Source of the DNA: Hypanus sabinus
Taxonomy: Eukaryota
Assembly: GCF_030144855.1 (NCBI RefSeq)
Contig: NC_082709.1
Coordinates: forward strand, 37,324,001-37,388,000
Reading direction: 5' to 3'
Length of the DNA: 64,000 nt
In this document: in pieces, positions 49,970 to 61,800 of the stretch
Position numbering within the stretch: the stretch's first letter is position 1
How the letters are laid out: the number at the start of each line of letters is the position of its first letter
Program-made: the position numbers and the translations under genes
The notes under the pieces: generated by a model
Seen by the model: the letters and a program-made list of their open reading frames with translations, nothing else
Told to the model about the DNA's origin: nothing
Database searches by the model: none

Positions 49970-52476
49970 GTGAGTTTAAAATGGATGCACAATCAAATGT
50001 ACTGGCCTAAACCATTGATTTAATGAGTATTAATTGTGAATTTGGTTATTTCCATGAATCTTTGGACATGTGAAATTTCAGTAGGAATTTGTAATGCATA
50101 TGTCAACGCAAGTAATATGGTGCTAATGATGTAACCATGCACATATAACATTTTTACCAAAATTCAGGATCAAATTTGATAAACATGCAGCAAGTCAAAT
50201 AAGTTGTATCTCTTAGTAGTTTATAAGCCATGGGTTATGATAATAATTTCTGTTAGTTATCAATGGAAATCAAATGTATGTACTTACTTTCTCTATGGTT
50301 TAAATACGGATAAGTCTTCCCATTATTTTGCTTGGAAAGTTAGAGGATATTTGATGTTCAAATTAAACCTCCCATCAGAGTCAATCTGTAACCCAAATAT
50401 CCATGTTGCTTTCTTTCCTGAGAATGGTTTTCATCCTGAAAATCATTATACTGCATTTAGTTCCCAGATATTCTTCAGGTTTCTGGTGTTCCTAAACTTT
50501 TCAATTTTCTCTCCAGCTTGGGGATACATTGGGACAGATTTTATACACAAGTGTCAATCTGCCCAGAATTATTAACACCAGATATTAATTTTATCAGAGT
50601 AGAAGTGCTCCATAAGCACTCAGTATTTGCAAATGCTGTGTAATTATTCTGATTGCTAATAACGGTAGAAACGAATTGAAAATACCAAACTTGCCATGAA
50701 ACTTGTGGAAGCCTTAAATATGATAGGAAATAGCTCAGAATAGCCTTAAGACTGTTGTTTAATGCTGGAGTCTTGCCATTGTCATGGGAGTACATCCAGT
50801 ATGATAGAAATTTGCAATATAGTCAAAAGTAAATCAATTATTATTTCTGTGCCAGAGCATTGGCACATGCCAAACTACAAAAATAAAGATACTCTGCCTT
50901 TCCATTCTTCTCTTGTACAGCTTTATTAGTATGCTCTTCTGGTCTGGTTGTTCTTTCAGTGTGGTAGTTCTCCATGGGGCAATAACTTCAACATATTTGT
51001 GATTAAGTATATGTAGGATTAAGATCAAAATATGGTTTAGTGTCAACTGTAATTAGAGTTTATTTTAGCTATAGGTGGTCCTACTTTTATAATAAGCTTT
51101 TAAAGCAGTATTTTCCCTCAAGCTGTCTTGTGAAATCAGCATAAAGGAAGTCATAAAAGTTTAGCATACAATTGTATAATGCAAATTTTGTTGGAATTAC
51201 CATTTTCTTTGAGGGTGCTTATGATCAAAAATACAGGAAACAAAATTTTTAATGAATACTGTTTTTCCATGTATAAACCCAATAACTTTGCCAACACTTT
51301 GAACAAACTTGAACTGAAGGTCATCAATCTTCGATAGTCACAAAAGAGCAGCAAACATGATTTCACTCCAAAGACTGCAAAAACTTCGGGCAAAATCAGC
51401 TGCGATCTTGTTCAGTAGCATACGCTCAACAAAGTCTGTGATTTCTGCTCTGGATCCTACATGTCTGATGTGGAGTAGAGGCTTCTGGCAGGCAGGGATT
51501 TATCAATCATCCATTGCATGCAGAACATGCCCCACTCAGGTCACTCCCTTGATGCTGTACATGTTTACATGCCCTGCATGAACTATGGTCCTCACTGCAA
51601 AAGGCTTTCACTCCTAACGTGAAGCCCACTTTGATACAACTTAAAAGTACCTGCAGTAGTGTTCAGCACTAGGATTCAGTTCTGGCTGCTTTTGGCTCTT
51701 CTGAAACTCAGACAATTTACGCCAGAAGCACCTGTAATTCTGAGAGTGATTAGATTCAAGTTATGTTTCCAAATCTGAAATTGGTTTTGAATTGATGTAC
51801 AGCATCTCAACCATGGCCATTGTAATGTTTCTCAGTGGGGTTGAATACTTGGGAAACAACTGATCTTCTGAACCCACGCTTTACAGTTCAGTAATGTAAG
51901 GTGACATCTTACTTGGAATATTGGTTATGACAGAGCCATTCAAATTTTATGAGATCTATCACTTGCTGCTCTACTTGATTGTCATCACTCAATGACCTAA
52001 TTGCAGAATTATAGCTGTTACTTGGGTTTGAAAGAAGTGGGATGCAAATTTAGCCCTTCAATATTATTGCACATTTTCAATTATCGATACTGTATATGGA
52101 TGCCCTGCTAATTAGGTTCTCTTTGTTGGAATGCATGGTGCAAATGAGGTTGGTGTGTGAAGTGAGTTTCTGCAACTTTAACTGAGTTGCTCAGTAGCAA
52201 TTTCTGTATGTGCATGAACTACTACTTGTATCTAAATATACAATATCCAAGGAATGTTGCCTTCTCAGACTTAACAAGAAAAATTGCTGCAGTATCTTTC
52301 ACACTTCATTTAATAAAACACCAGCCATTGTAATAATCATACATTTCATGATTTATTTTAATCCTTATGCCAAAGTTAGAAATCCAAGGTCTATTTTATG
52401 CGGAGGCAAGGTTGAATTTGCTTTGAACTTCTGTGAAAGTAATTGTGCAGTTTTACAAATAAAATTACTTTTACAG

Positions 52477-52569
52477 ATTCAAGAACTGGAAACGGAGAAT
52501 ATTCAATTGAAAAAGAAAGTTCAGGAACTGGAAATTAAAGTAAATGTCACTCAAGGTCCATCATCACCA
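52477..52569 (+). CDS. GULP1: GULP1 coding exon (leucine zipper/coiled coil), IQELETENIQLKKKVQELEIKVNVTQGPSSP
   Basis: Acceptor cttttacAG and donor GTAAGT at 52570; 93 nt, phase 0. Aligns with human [31 protein letters not shown]. Confidence 0.95.
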
Positions 52570-52796
52570 GTAAGTACATAACATGTGACAGTCATATTTT
52601 CATTTAATCTGTAATTATTTGTTCAATATTTGGTCATTACAAAACAGAATATAAGTATTCTAATAAATAAAGATTATTTCTAGTGTATTTACCCTTAGTA
52701 AATGTTTTCCAAAAACTGTACTCCTTTTTTCTTAAGATTATGTTGAAACTAAGTTATTAAAATGCTGGATCTGTATTTATACAGTGGCACTATTTT

Positions 52797-52960
52797 AACA
52801 TAGAAACATAGAAAACCTACAGCACAATACAGGCCTTTCGGCCCACAATGCTGTGCTGAACATGTACTTACTTTAGAATTTACCTAGGGTTACCCATAGC
52901 CCTCTATTTTTCTAAGCTCCATGTACCTGTCCAGGAGTCCCTTAAAAGACCCTATTATAT
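52797..52960 (-). mobile_element. CR1 3' tail
   Basis: aacatagaaacatagaaaacctacagcacaatacaggcc; same family as the 3' end at 13320-13430. Confidence 0.85.
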
Positions 52961-54891
52961 CTTTGGTATTTTGATGCAGTTTATTTCAGGAGCATTTTAC
53001 TGTTACTAAATTAACTCTTTACTTAATGTCAGCCAGCCAGTTTGAAAGTGAGCTTACCTAGCAGGGTTAATTTAGATGCTTCTGTAACTTTTTACAGAAA
53101 TCAGACATTCAGCTCGACTGATTTGTGCATGTTTACAATTCACATGAACAACCACCATCGCTCACAATATTCCTGCAATAAACTTATCAATATAGCCCTC
53201 TATTCTTTGCTCACTATCTGCCTATCCAGCTTCCCTTTAAAAGCATCTACACTTCTTACCTCATTGAATCCCAGTGAGGGAAATTCTCCATTTTACCAGC
53301 ACTGGGTTAGAGCGTTGTTTTCTGCTAAATCTGCTTGTTGACTGTCTTATATTGATAACTTCTAGATTTATCCTTTACCAACTGTAGAAGCAGGGTCTCT
53401 GTGTCTATTTAAACCTTTAGTTACAGTCTCTTTTCATGGGGAAAATGTCACCTTCATCTAGTGTGCACACTTTTTCCTGAAGAGTCTTTCAAACAGTTCT
53501 GATAATACCTTGCAAATACATTTGGCATGCTCTCTAATAATAATATATTTATCTAATAATGCAGCAACCAAATGCAGCACACTACAACCTTCTACAAGGT
53601 TGGATGTACTCTTTTTTTAAATCTGTATCTCCATCAACAAAATTGATGTTGGTTTTTTGGTACTTTGCCTTTTGTAATGCTAGATCTACTTTTTTCATCT
53701 ATCCCATTTGTTTTCCATTTAGCATGAGATCCTTTTTGCTTATCCCATAATTCATCTTGAACCATCATTCCTTCCATTGTTCCTTTTTGTCTTCTGCCTC
53801 CAACCCTATTAATAATTATTTTTATGCCCTCCCTTCTCCTCCCCTTTATGCCTATTTCATCTTTAAGTTTGTCCTGAATTAAAAAAAAATGGCCTGTATT
53901 TCTCGGCATAACTGCTACATGAAATATTACCTTTGCAGCTCTTTATAGCTTTTACATGATGTTATAAATACCATCACAGATGTAGACACAAAATTATTGT
54001 CAGGTAAAGTGGAGTACACCCAAGAGTGGGGACTACACATTTCCTGAGTATTACAGCTGTTTTAGCTGCCTCTGTGTATGTGATATGGCAATACTTAAAA
54101 TGAGTTTAAATGTAGATTGTTTTGTGATATGGAGCTTTTTATAGCTTTATAACCAGGACTGCTCATTATGCTGGAAAAAACCATTTAATGATTTTTCACT
54201 TTCAGAAGAATATGAGTATTAATTGTATGATTGTTGATCCTAAAACATTGGTATTTTCAAAGAGTTTTTATTTTTCCCAGACAAAAAGTCATTACTGTCA
54301 ATCATTCCAAAACTGTTGGTTGTTCCAGGCAGAAACAATGATGCTTGTATACTATAATGTCCACTACAAGTACAAGCAAATAAAACCAATTAACACCTCA
54401 TTAGGGAACACTGGAAACAATCTTTCTGATGCAGAACAAATTTTAAAATTTTAATATCCTTGTCTGGGAGATTTTTGCCATTAAGGATCAATCAGAATAT
54501 GAAGGAATATTTTGTTCTCCTGAACTAGTGTCTGCCACCAATTAACTTCAATAAAAGGCCCACCACATTAAGGCCAAAGATGAAAGTGTGGGTGTCAAGA
54601 AGTGTATATTATTTGTAAGAATTTAATATCACTTTGTATGGTGATGAGGCAGTCACCATAGAAGTGCCATGTTGTGGATAAAATAGAACCTGTAGATGTA
54701 CTAAACTTAAGGCATTTGATATGGTGTGGATTCAGTACTTGTGGAATAATTCAACCTTATTATGCTTTGGCAAGGATAAGAGATTAGCTGGCACACTGAA
54801 AATGGAGAATAGCATTAATGAGATGTTTTCTTGTTGGCAAGATACAGTGAGTGCTGATATCTCAATGTTTTATCATTTCTTTTGATGCCTT

Positions 54892-55180
54892 TGAGTGTTG
54901 GTGGGTGGCCAAGTGATTAAGGCATTGTTCTAGTGATCTGAAGGTCCTTAGTTCGAGCCTCAGCTTAGGCAGCGTGTTGTGTCCTTGAGCAACACATTGC
55001 TCTGCAATGACACAGGTGCCAAGCTGTATCAGCCCTTGCCCTTCCCTTGGACATCAGTGGCGTGGAGAGGGGAGACTTGCAGCATGGGCAACTGCTGTTC
55101 TTCCAATCAACCCTGTCCAGGCCTGCACCCTGGAAACTTTTCAAATCCATAGTCTCTCAAGACTAACAGATGCCTATTTA
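54892..55180 (+). mobile_element. tRNA-derived SINE inserted in an old CR1
   Basis: A box TGGCCAAGTGA, B box AGTTCGAGCC, a gtgttgtgtccttgagcaa central block, and a 9-bp TSD TGATGCCTT at 54883-54891 and 55181-55189. Confidence 0.85.
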
Positions 55181-55513
55181 TGATGCCTTCGTCCATGTCA
55201 TGTTTACTAAATTTGTTGATGACACAGAGATAGGCAAGAAAGTAAATTGTGAGGTCCATAAAGGGTATAGAGTTAGGTTAAACTGTGGACAAACATCTGG
55301 CAGATATGGCATATATTCTGTTTTAGTAGGAAAGATAATAAGCATATAAACAATTTGTTTAAAGTGTGCAAAATCCTGAAATAGAGGGATCTGTGTATCA
55401 TAAATCATGATTCACTGGCATATCCCTGCAAATAATTAGGATTGTAAAGGTGCTGTTATTCGACATTGCAAGGGGCCATGCCTTAATTATATGGAGCATT
55501 GGTGAGCCCACTT

Positions 55514-58283
55514 TGTTTTGTTTTGTAACATTAAACCAATGCAAAGGAAGACACAGGAACTTGAAATGCTAGTGTAACTTAATGTTTACTTAAAGCGAGG
55601 CGTGCATAGTGTGATGATGTATGCAATTTACATATCCATGCATATAATTCATAATGAAATATTTAAACGACCAAGAAAGCTTTATCAACTAATATATATT
55701 CAAGATTACTCAAATATGAAACACACATTCCTCCCTGCTTAGCTATGAACGCCAACCTAATAGAGAATGCATCAACTATATACACAATATACTATATAAT
55801 ACAACCACTATATACAGATATCAACAGCATAGTAAATTTTAAATTAGCCTATTCATACCTAAAGATTTAATTGCTGTGGAGGATTCCTCGCTCTTGTGGG
55901 ATAACGTTATTTTCCTGACAAAGGGGATCACTCTGCTTGGCAGATGAGACTTGTGGCTGTGTAACGATCCTAGGTTCTGAGCCTTCTCCGTTGTGGTTGT
56001 AGGAGTTGACTCTGAGACTGCAAGAAGTGGTTCTGACAGCTCTGGACACCTTTCTTCTCCTTCCTTTTGATACTAGCTTGTGCATCTTGATCTTGGAAAG
56101 GTGTATTTAGTCACTGGAGTATTGTATTATTAATACTTCTATTGCTCCCTTTACCATCTTATCTCTCCTCTTGATCTCCTCATCCACCACAACAACTGAT
56201 GAGTCTCTGCTTTTTTATCTCCATTGATTTTGTTTTGGACGTCCATTCATCCAGCTGGGCATTGGTGTTTGCATCTACTTTTACAAGCAGCTTTTTGTCT
56301 CCCACTTGAAGTTCAAGCAATAACCTTAATGCACACAGAATAGATTCTGGTGCTTTATACACACAAAAGCCGAATGCTTGCATCTTTCCTGAGGTTCCTT
56401 GAGCTCTCTTCCAGCTTAAAGCCAAGCCACATTTCACTAATAGCTACCTGGTTAGCATATCAGAAGCTTTTTCAGGTACAGGTGTATTGCCTAGAAAAAC
56501 TGCTCTAGTCGGAACACTGCTGTTATCACTCTCACTTTTCCTCTGAACAGAATGGTCCTTCCTTGGTCCAGTATATTGTCCAACCAGGGGTATGAAGTTT
56601 GGCACCAACACCTGTTCACCCTGTAGTGAGGAACAGTTCAAGGTGCTTGGCATGCAGACAGTTGAGGCATCATTCAGTACCTTTCCTAATTCTCTTTCAG
56701 ATGGCTTTATGAAGGAGATGTGGCATGCAGATTGTGGTGGATCTCCAATCAAATTGTAGTTGTCTCAGCCAATCACATCCTCACAATGCTGGTCCTCCTG
56801 ATTTTACCATGTACAAGCCCAATGGGTCTTGTTGGTTATTTTATTTCACTCTTATGGATGTCATTCTCACAGAAGTTATCTTTTTCTCCAGTACAAGTTC
56901 ATAGTTGGATAACTGCAGGCTTCGGTTTATTATCTTTGAAATGTCATTCACTTCTGGTGTAAGCACTGCAAATCTCTAGGCTACACAGTCCTGTGTCACT
57001 GAATTCACTGTCAGATTTTCATCAACAGCATGCAGATATCTTTTACCCTGCAGCTTGACTTTTTCTCTTGTTCTCTTCTCTACACAATCCATTTATTTTT
57101 GTCTGCCTAACAAAATTAGCTACCTTGTTGCATTTACTGCAAGTTTCAACATTAAATCTGCATTGGTGTATGTGATACCCTGCCACAGTGCTAACAGAAC
57201 TTGTCTGGCCAGGCCAGTTTCTATTTAGATGCAGCAATTTTGTTCACACTCACTCTCATTGCTGACTGCAACTCAGTCTGCTGTTTCCATTGATACAGTG
57301 GTTTCAACTGCTCGTTAGAATGTGAGTTGTGCTTCAGTTAGGAGCCATTATTAAATACTTTCTTGTAAGATTCCACAAACTAAATAATCTCTCAGTGCAT
57401 TATTAAGCCTCTCAACAAACTGACAACGCTAAGACAACTTCCTCAATTCAGCCACGTACTCTGAAATGGATTCCACTTCTTTTTGATTCCACTTATGAAA
57501 CATAAAGCATTTTGCAATTAATAATGGCTTTGATTCTAAAAGTCCCTTTACGCACTTGCTGACAATATCAACAAAGCTCACGTCTCACAGTTTGGTTGGA
57601 GCAGTTAAACTTTGGAGCAAACTGTATGCCTTTAAAGCCAATGTGCTTAGCAAAATTGGTACTTGTTTCTCATTGGCTATTTCATTTGCTTCAAAATATT
57701 GCTGAATTAGCTCAGTATGCATGTTACGGTTATCTTTTGTGTATTCAAATGTGTCAATTTTAACGATATAGCCAGCCATTTCTACTTTTTCATGATTATT
57801 ATCACCCGGTGTTCACTCTTTATGAACTCATAAATTCCTCCGTTTACTGCTTTTTTAAAAAAAACTTGATCATGCCCTCCCTTCCGAAAAATGTGTGCTG
57901 CACTGCTTTTTTTTTTAATCGACAGACACTGCACATGCTGGGCTGTTTTTTTTTAAAATTTGACCATTCCTCACTGCAATTTTGAAAATTTCGAATGTCT
58001 CATTGCAGTTTAAGAGTCGATAGCCATCTTGGGTTCATTTTGTTTTGTAACATCAAAACATTACACAAATTCAAAGGAGAACACTGGAATCCGAAATGCG
58101 GGTCTAATTTCGTGTTTACTTCAAGTAAGGCGTGCACACGTCACGTGGTATCTTGATGACGTATGAAATTCACGTATCCGTACCTGTAACTCATAATGAA
58201 TTATTTAACTGAACATGAGTGCTTAATCAACCAATAGATATTCAAGATTACTCAAATATTTCTTAAATATTAAATACAGACCA
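55514..58283 (-). mobile_element. Non-autonomous Mag-like Gypsy LTR element carrying an RBM25 fragment in place of pol
   Basis: Diverged LTRs at about 55514-55727 and 58037-58283, PPT agcagggaggaa (minus) at 55728-55741, gag MAGYIVKIDTF...QYFEANEI...LTAPTK at 57585-57779, and protease remnants. No RT/RH/IN motifs. Confidence 0.85.
56050..56611 (-). pseudogene. RBM25: Processed (intronless) RBM25 fragment: RRM and flanks
   Basis: VLVP..LVG..G.RKDH...VFLGN..EKASDMLTR*LLMKCGLALSWKRAQGTSGKMQAFGFCVYKAPES.L.ALRLL.ELQVGDKKLLVKVDANTNAQLDEW..K, then DEEIKRRDKMVKGAIEVL and KRKEKK. Colinear with the recalled human RBM25 N-terminal region; contains a stop and frameshifts. Confidence 0.92.
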
Positions 58284-58855
58284 CTCTCTTGCAGAGTATT
58301 GTATGCATTAATACTTTTTAAACAGTGAGAGATTGAACAATACAGATGTTCAAAGGAATCTTGAGAGTCCTTTTACATAGTTCACTGAAGAGGTCTAACA
58401 CAGAAGAAAAATGCAGAATCCCAAAATAAAATCACCAGGCTATGCAAAGATGAAGAGGAAAATTCAACCCAGAACATCTAAAAAAAATGCTATGATTTTA
58501 TACAGTACTTAATTTCAGGACATGCCAACCTATTTTGCAGACAATCAAGTACCTCTGAAACATGGTCACTTTACTAAAAAGATAAAGTAGTGATCAGTTT
58601 CTGCATGCAAAAATGCAATAAACCAGAAAGAGATACATGAATAGTGAATATGTTCAAATAATTTTTGTTTGGGGATAAATTGGTGGCTAAGATTATTTTG
58701 TTTCATTTGAGCAGCACTGTATTGCTTTTGTTGTCTGTCTTTTTTATTTTGACTATGATCCAGAAATGACCTTTTCTTGAGATAGATCTGTTTGTTACCA
58801 ATTCTTCAGTGGTGAGCATTTCTAGACCTTATTTCTGTTTCCTTTTGGAAGGAAA

Positions 58856-61800
58856 TGATATGCTTGTAACTCTGGAAATTAATCAAAAGAAAAACTTGGG
58901 CAGATGGACATGCACTCTAGTTTTGTTCTTTACTTTTAGGGAGATGTGCACTTATGATGTGGCATAGTGATGAATGCCATTTACGGATGCAACTCTCTCT
59001 CTGGGGCTCATATACAGACTTGGCTTGTTAACTAACTCTGCTAACAGTCATGTGACATCATACACCAGCATAAAATTATAAAAGTTACAGAAAAAGAAAA
59101 GAAAAATAAAAAGGGCCCTTTACTGTTAAATTGGTCCAATATGCACTTAAACATTGGAGCTCATTTCTGGAGTAGTTAGGGATCTATCACTACTCACACG
59201 CTAAATCCACCATCTGCGTGAAAGAACCCACCTCAAAACCATCTCAAATGAACTGGCTATCTCAGCAGTATTGGCCCTTCTTTCTTGGTGTCACTCATCT
59301 GCACAAAGCACTTCTTGCAACGGGTACTCTCCTTCCAATGGTATTCTTCAGCATCTTCCCTTGTGCCCCGCTCTGCAGTTCTCACCAAAAGGCCCCAAAC
59401 CCTGACTACTGTCCTTCAGAAATGTGATTCTACCCAGCTCTGCTGAATCTTCCACAGGGCAGAAAGTTACAATTGGCTGACACAATGTTCATAAGCTGGA
59501 CAACATGGTACCTTATCTTCAGCCTTATCTTACCAGCAAGACACACTGCTTTTACAGAAAGCTGCTAAAATAAAATACCTCACAGCATAGCATTAGAAAT
59601 CTTAACCAGGGCATTACATTCACCGCCCAAAAGATAGTCATGTCTTCATGACCTTGGAACTTATTAAACCATTATTAACACAGTCATCAAATGAATGTCA
59701 TGATATCAGAACCCCCAATCCATTTGCCAATGGAAGTAGCATATCTCACCATGGGAACTGATATAACAATCTGTTTCTCACTGGACCTCTACCAGCCTAG
59801 CTGGGATTTCCTGACTCTCTGAGACCTCCTTATCTCATCTTAAGCTTCAGCCACTCCTGTGACCTTTCCTGTCCATAGGAGGATGCCTCCTCCTGTCTAT
59901 CACTCATACCTTCTGGTAGCTAAGGTCCCTCTGTTCCATGACTGAACTCTGCTTTGTTCAGTTTAAGCAGGTGCTGCCAAACCTCTACCAGTACTAACTG
60001 GAGAGACTACTCTTGAAAAGGGGTGTCCACTGTCGCTCTACTCTTCCGAGACTTAACATGACAGGTTTGGAATGAGTTGTACTATACAGTTCCTGGTTTA
60101 TGCTCACCATTTTGTTTAGGAAGAACTTGCACCTTCTCAAAAGCAGCTCTGAACACCAGGTGAATGGATACAGTTTTCATAAAATTCTCTCCATTCCTCA
60201 TCTTGCATGCTCCCATGAGCCTTCTCACAATGGAAGTATTTGTTCCTACAACAATGGAAGCTTCACCCTTTTCAACTGATCCAGGCAGGCGGACACCTGT
60301 GTGTCAACAGTTTCATTTACTCCATCATCTGTTTCTTAAAACTTCAGTCTCAATGACAACTGATCTTCGTGTGGGTACTGATCAGTACTAAGTCCTGAAA
60401 TCTCAAGGGAACTGAGTGGTGACAATGGTAAATGCATCAAATACCGGTTGTAAGAAGATCTATTAAGCAAAGTAACTTGAGAACCTGTGTCAAGTATGGC
60501 TCTAGCATAAACTACTTTAATCAATATGGTTATATTGGAGCCTGGTTCCACTAAACTTCCAGGTTTTTCACTTTATTCTCTCCAGGATGACAGCCCCTTC
60601 CTTTGCTGGGTCCCTCCATAGTTTTGCTGCTTTTCTTTGTTTAATTAACCACTGACTGATGTTTCCTGCCCCTCTCAGTCTCGCTTAAAATGTCCATCTT
60701 CTCCACAGATGTAACAGAAAATACTGGTCACCTCTCCAGACAAAATACCCTTTTCAGCAGCTTCCTCTGCATTGTAAGTCCTACAGGTGGGTCGGGTTTC
60801 TCAACGGACGTGTCATGTTTAGCTGAATTCCGCAGACATCCATTGAGTCAGGTCAGCATGAAGCCTTTCACCTCATTCCTCAAAAGTTGCATCTCTGTGG
60901 CATCAGGGGTCACTTTAGCAGCACAGGCTATCACTGATGACACTACTCGGCTTTTGAAAATGTTCGGCTTCTCAGTCACGTCTTCCTCCTCTCTAAATTC
61001 TATGAGTAACTTAATAAAAGGTGTAGGAGGATGCATCTTGCGAATAATTCGAATACGTAGAGCAGTCATGTCATGTGTCAGCACGCCATTCTCATCTTGG
61101 TCCGTCCTCAAGCAATTTCTCTCAGACAGTTGAATGCTCCCTTTGTGGCACAAACAGTGCACCAGTTTCTGAAAGGGTAGGCAGACAGCTTCTCCCCTCT
61201 CTCCTGGAATGTGTACCTGAACTTCTTCAAAAGTTCAGCTGAACTTTCAGTATTGCCGAAAGCACCTTCCAGAGCTTACATGTAATTAGCTGATATGGCT
61301 AATGAGTTTTCTGCCTTTTGGAACGTCAGTATATTAGCTGCCGGACCCATTAAACACTCTGTCTTCATGTTTTCCTATTATCTGAGCACTGGCATTTATC
61401 CACTAGCTGAAATGTCTGCTCAGCCAAATCTCATATTCCTCTTCGCCATCAGGGCTGGGCTTGACTCGAGAGAACACTCCCAGCCTACAATTACTTTAGC
61501 TTTCCGCAGATACGCTTTGGCACTGATCAACTAGTGATGTAATAACCAAAAGCAGCTCAGAATTGAAATCAGCTGCTGAAGGACCCATTAGATCTTTCAC
61601 ATCAGACAACTCCTTGGCTGCATTTCACAGAAATGAGAGCAACTTGTCTTTGAAGTCTTCACCCTCAGCTACATTATCCCTCCACTAGAGATAGGAACTG
61701 ACCATGGCCCCATCCCTCCAGGTGCCCCTATCTTATCAGGCGGCAGGACTTCAGTTACGTCACTGGTAGCCTGGACTAACATGACATGTTTACCCGCTGA

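Noticed and set aside
52441-52476. Alternative GULP1 acceptor (tgtgcAG at 52449-52450)
   Set aside because: It would add 26 nt and shift the frame, and its pyrimidine tract is poor.
54895-54970. tRNA gene
   Set aside because: A and B boxes are present, but the sequence continues into a SINE body with a TSD and gives no convincing cloverleaf.
56050-56611. Functional nested RBM25 gene
   Set aside because: It is partial, with an in-frame stop (56444-56446) and frameshifts, and it sits between LTRs. It is a retrocopy fragment.
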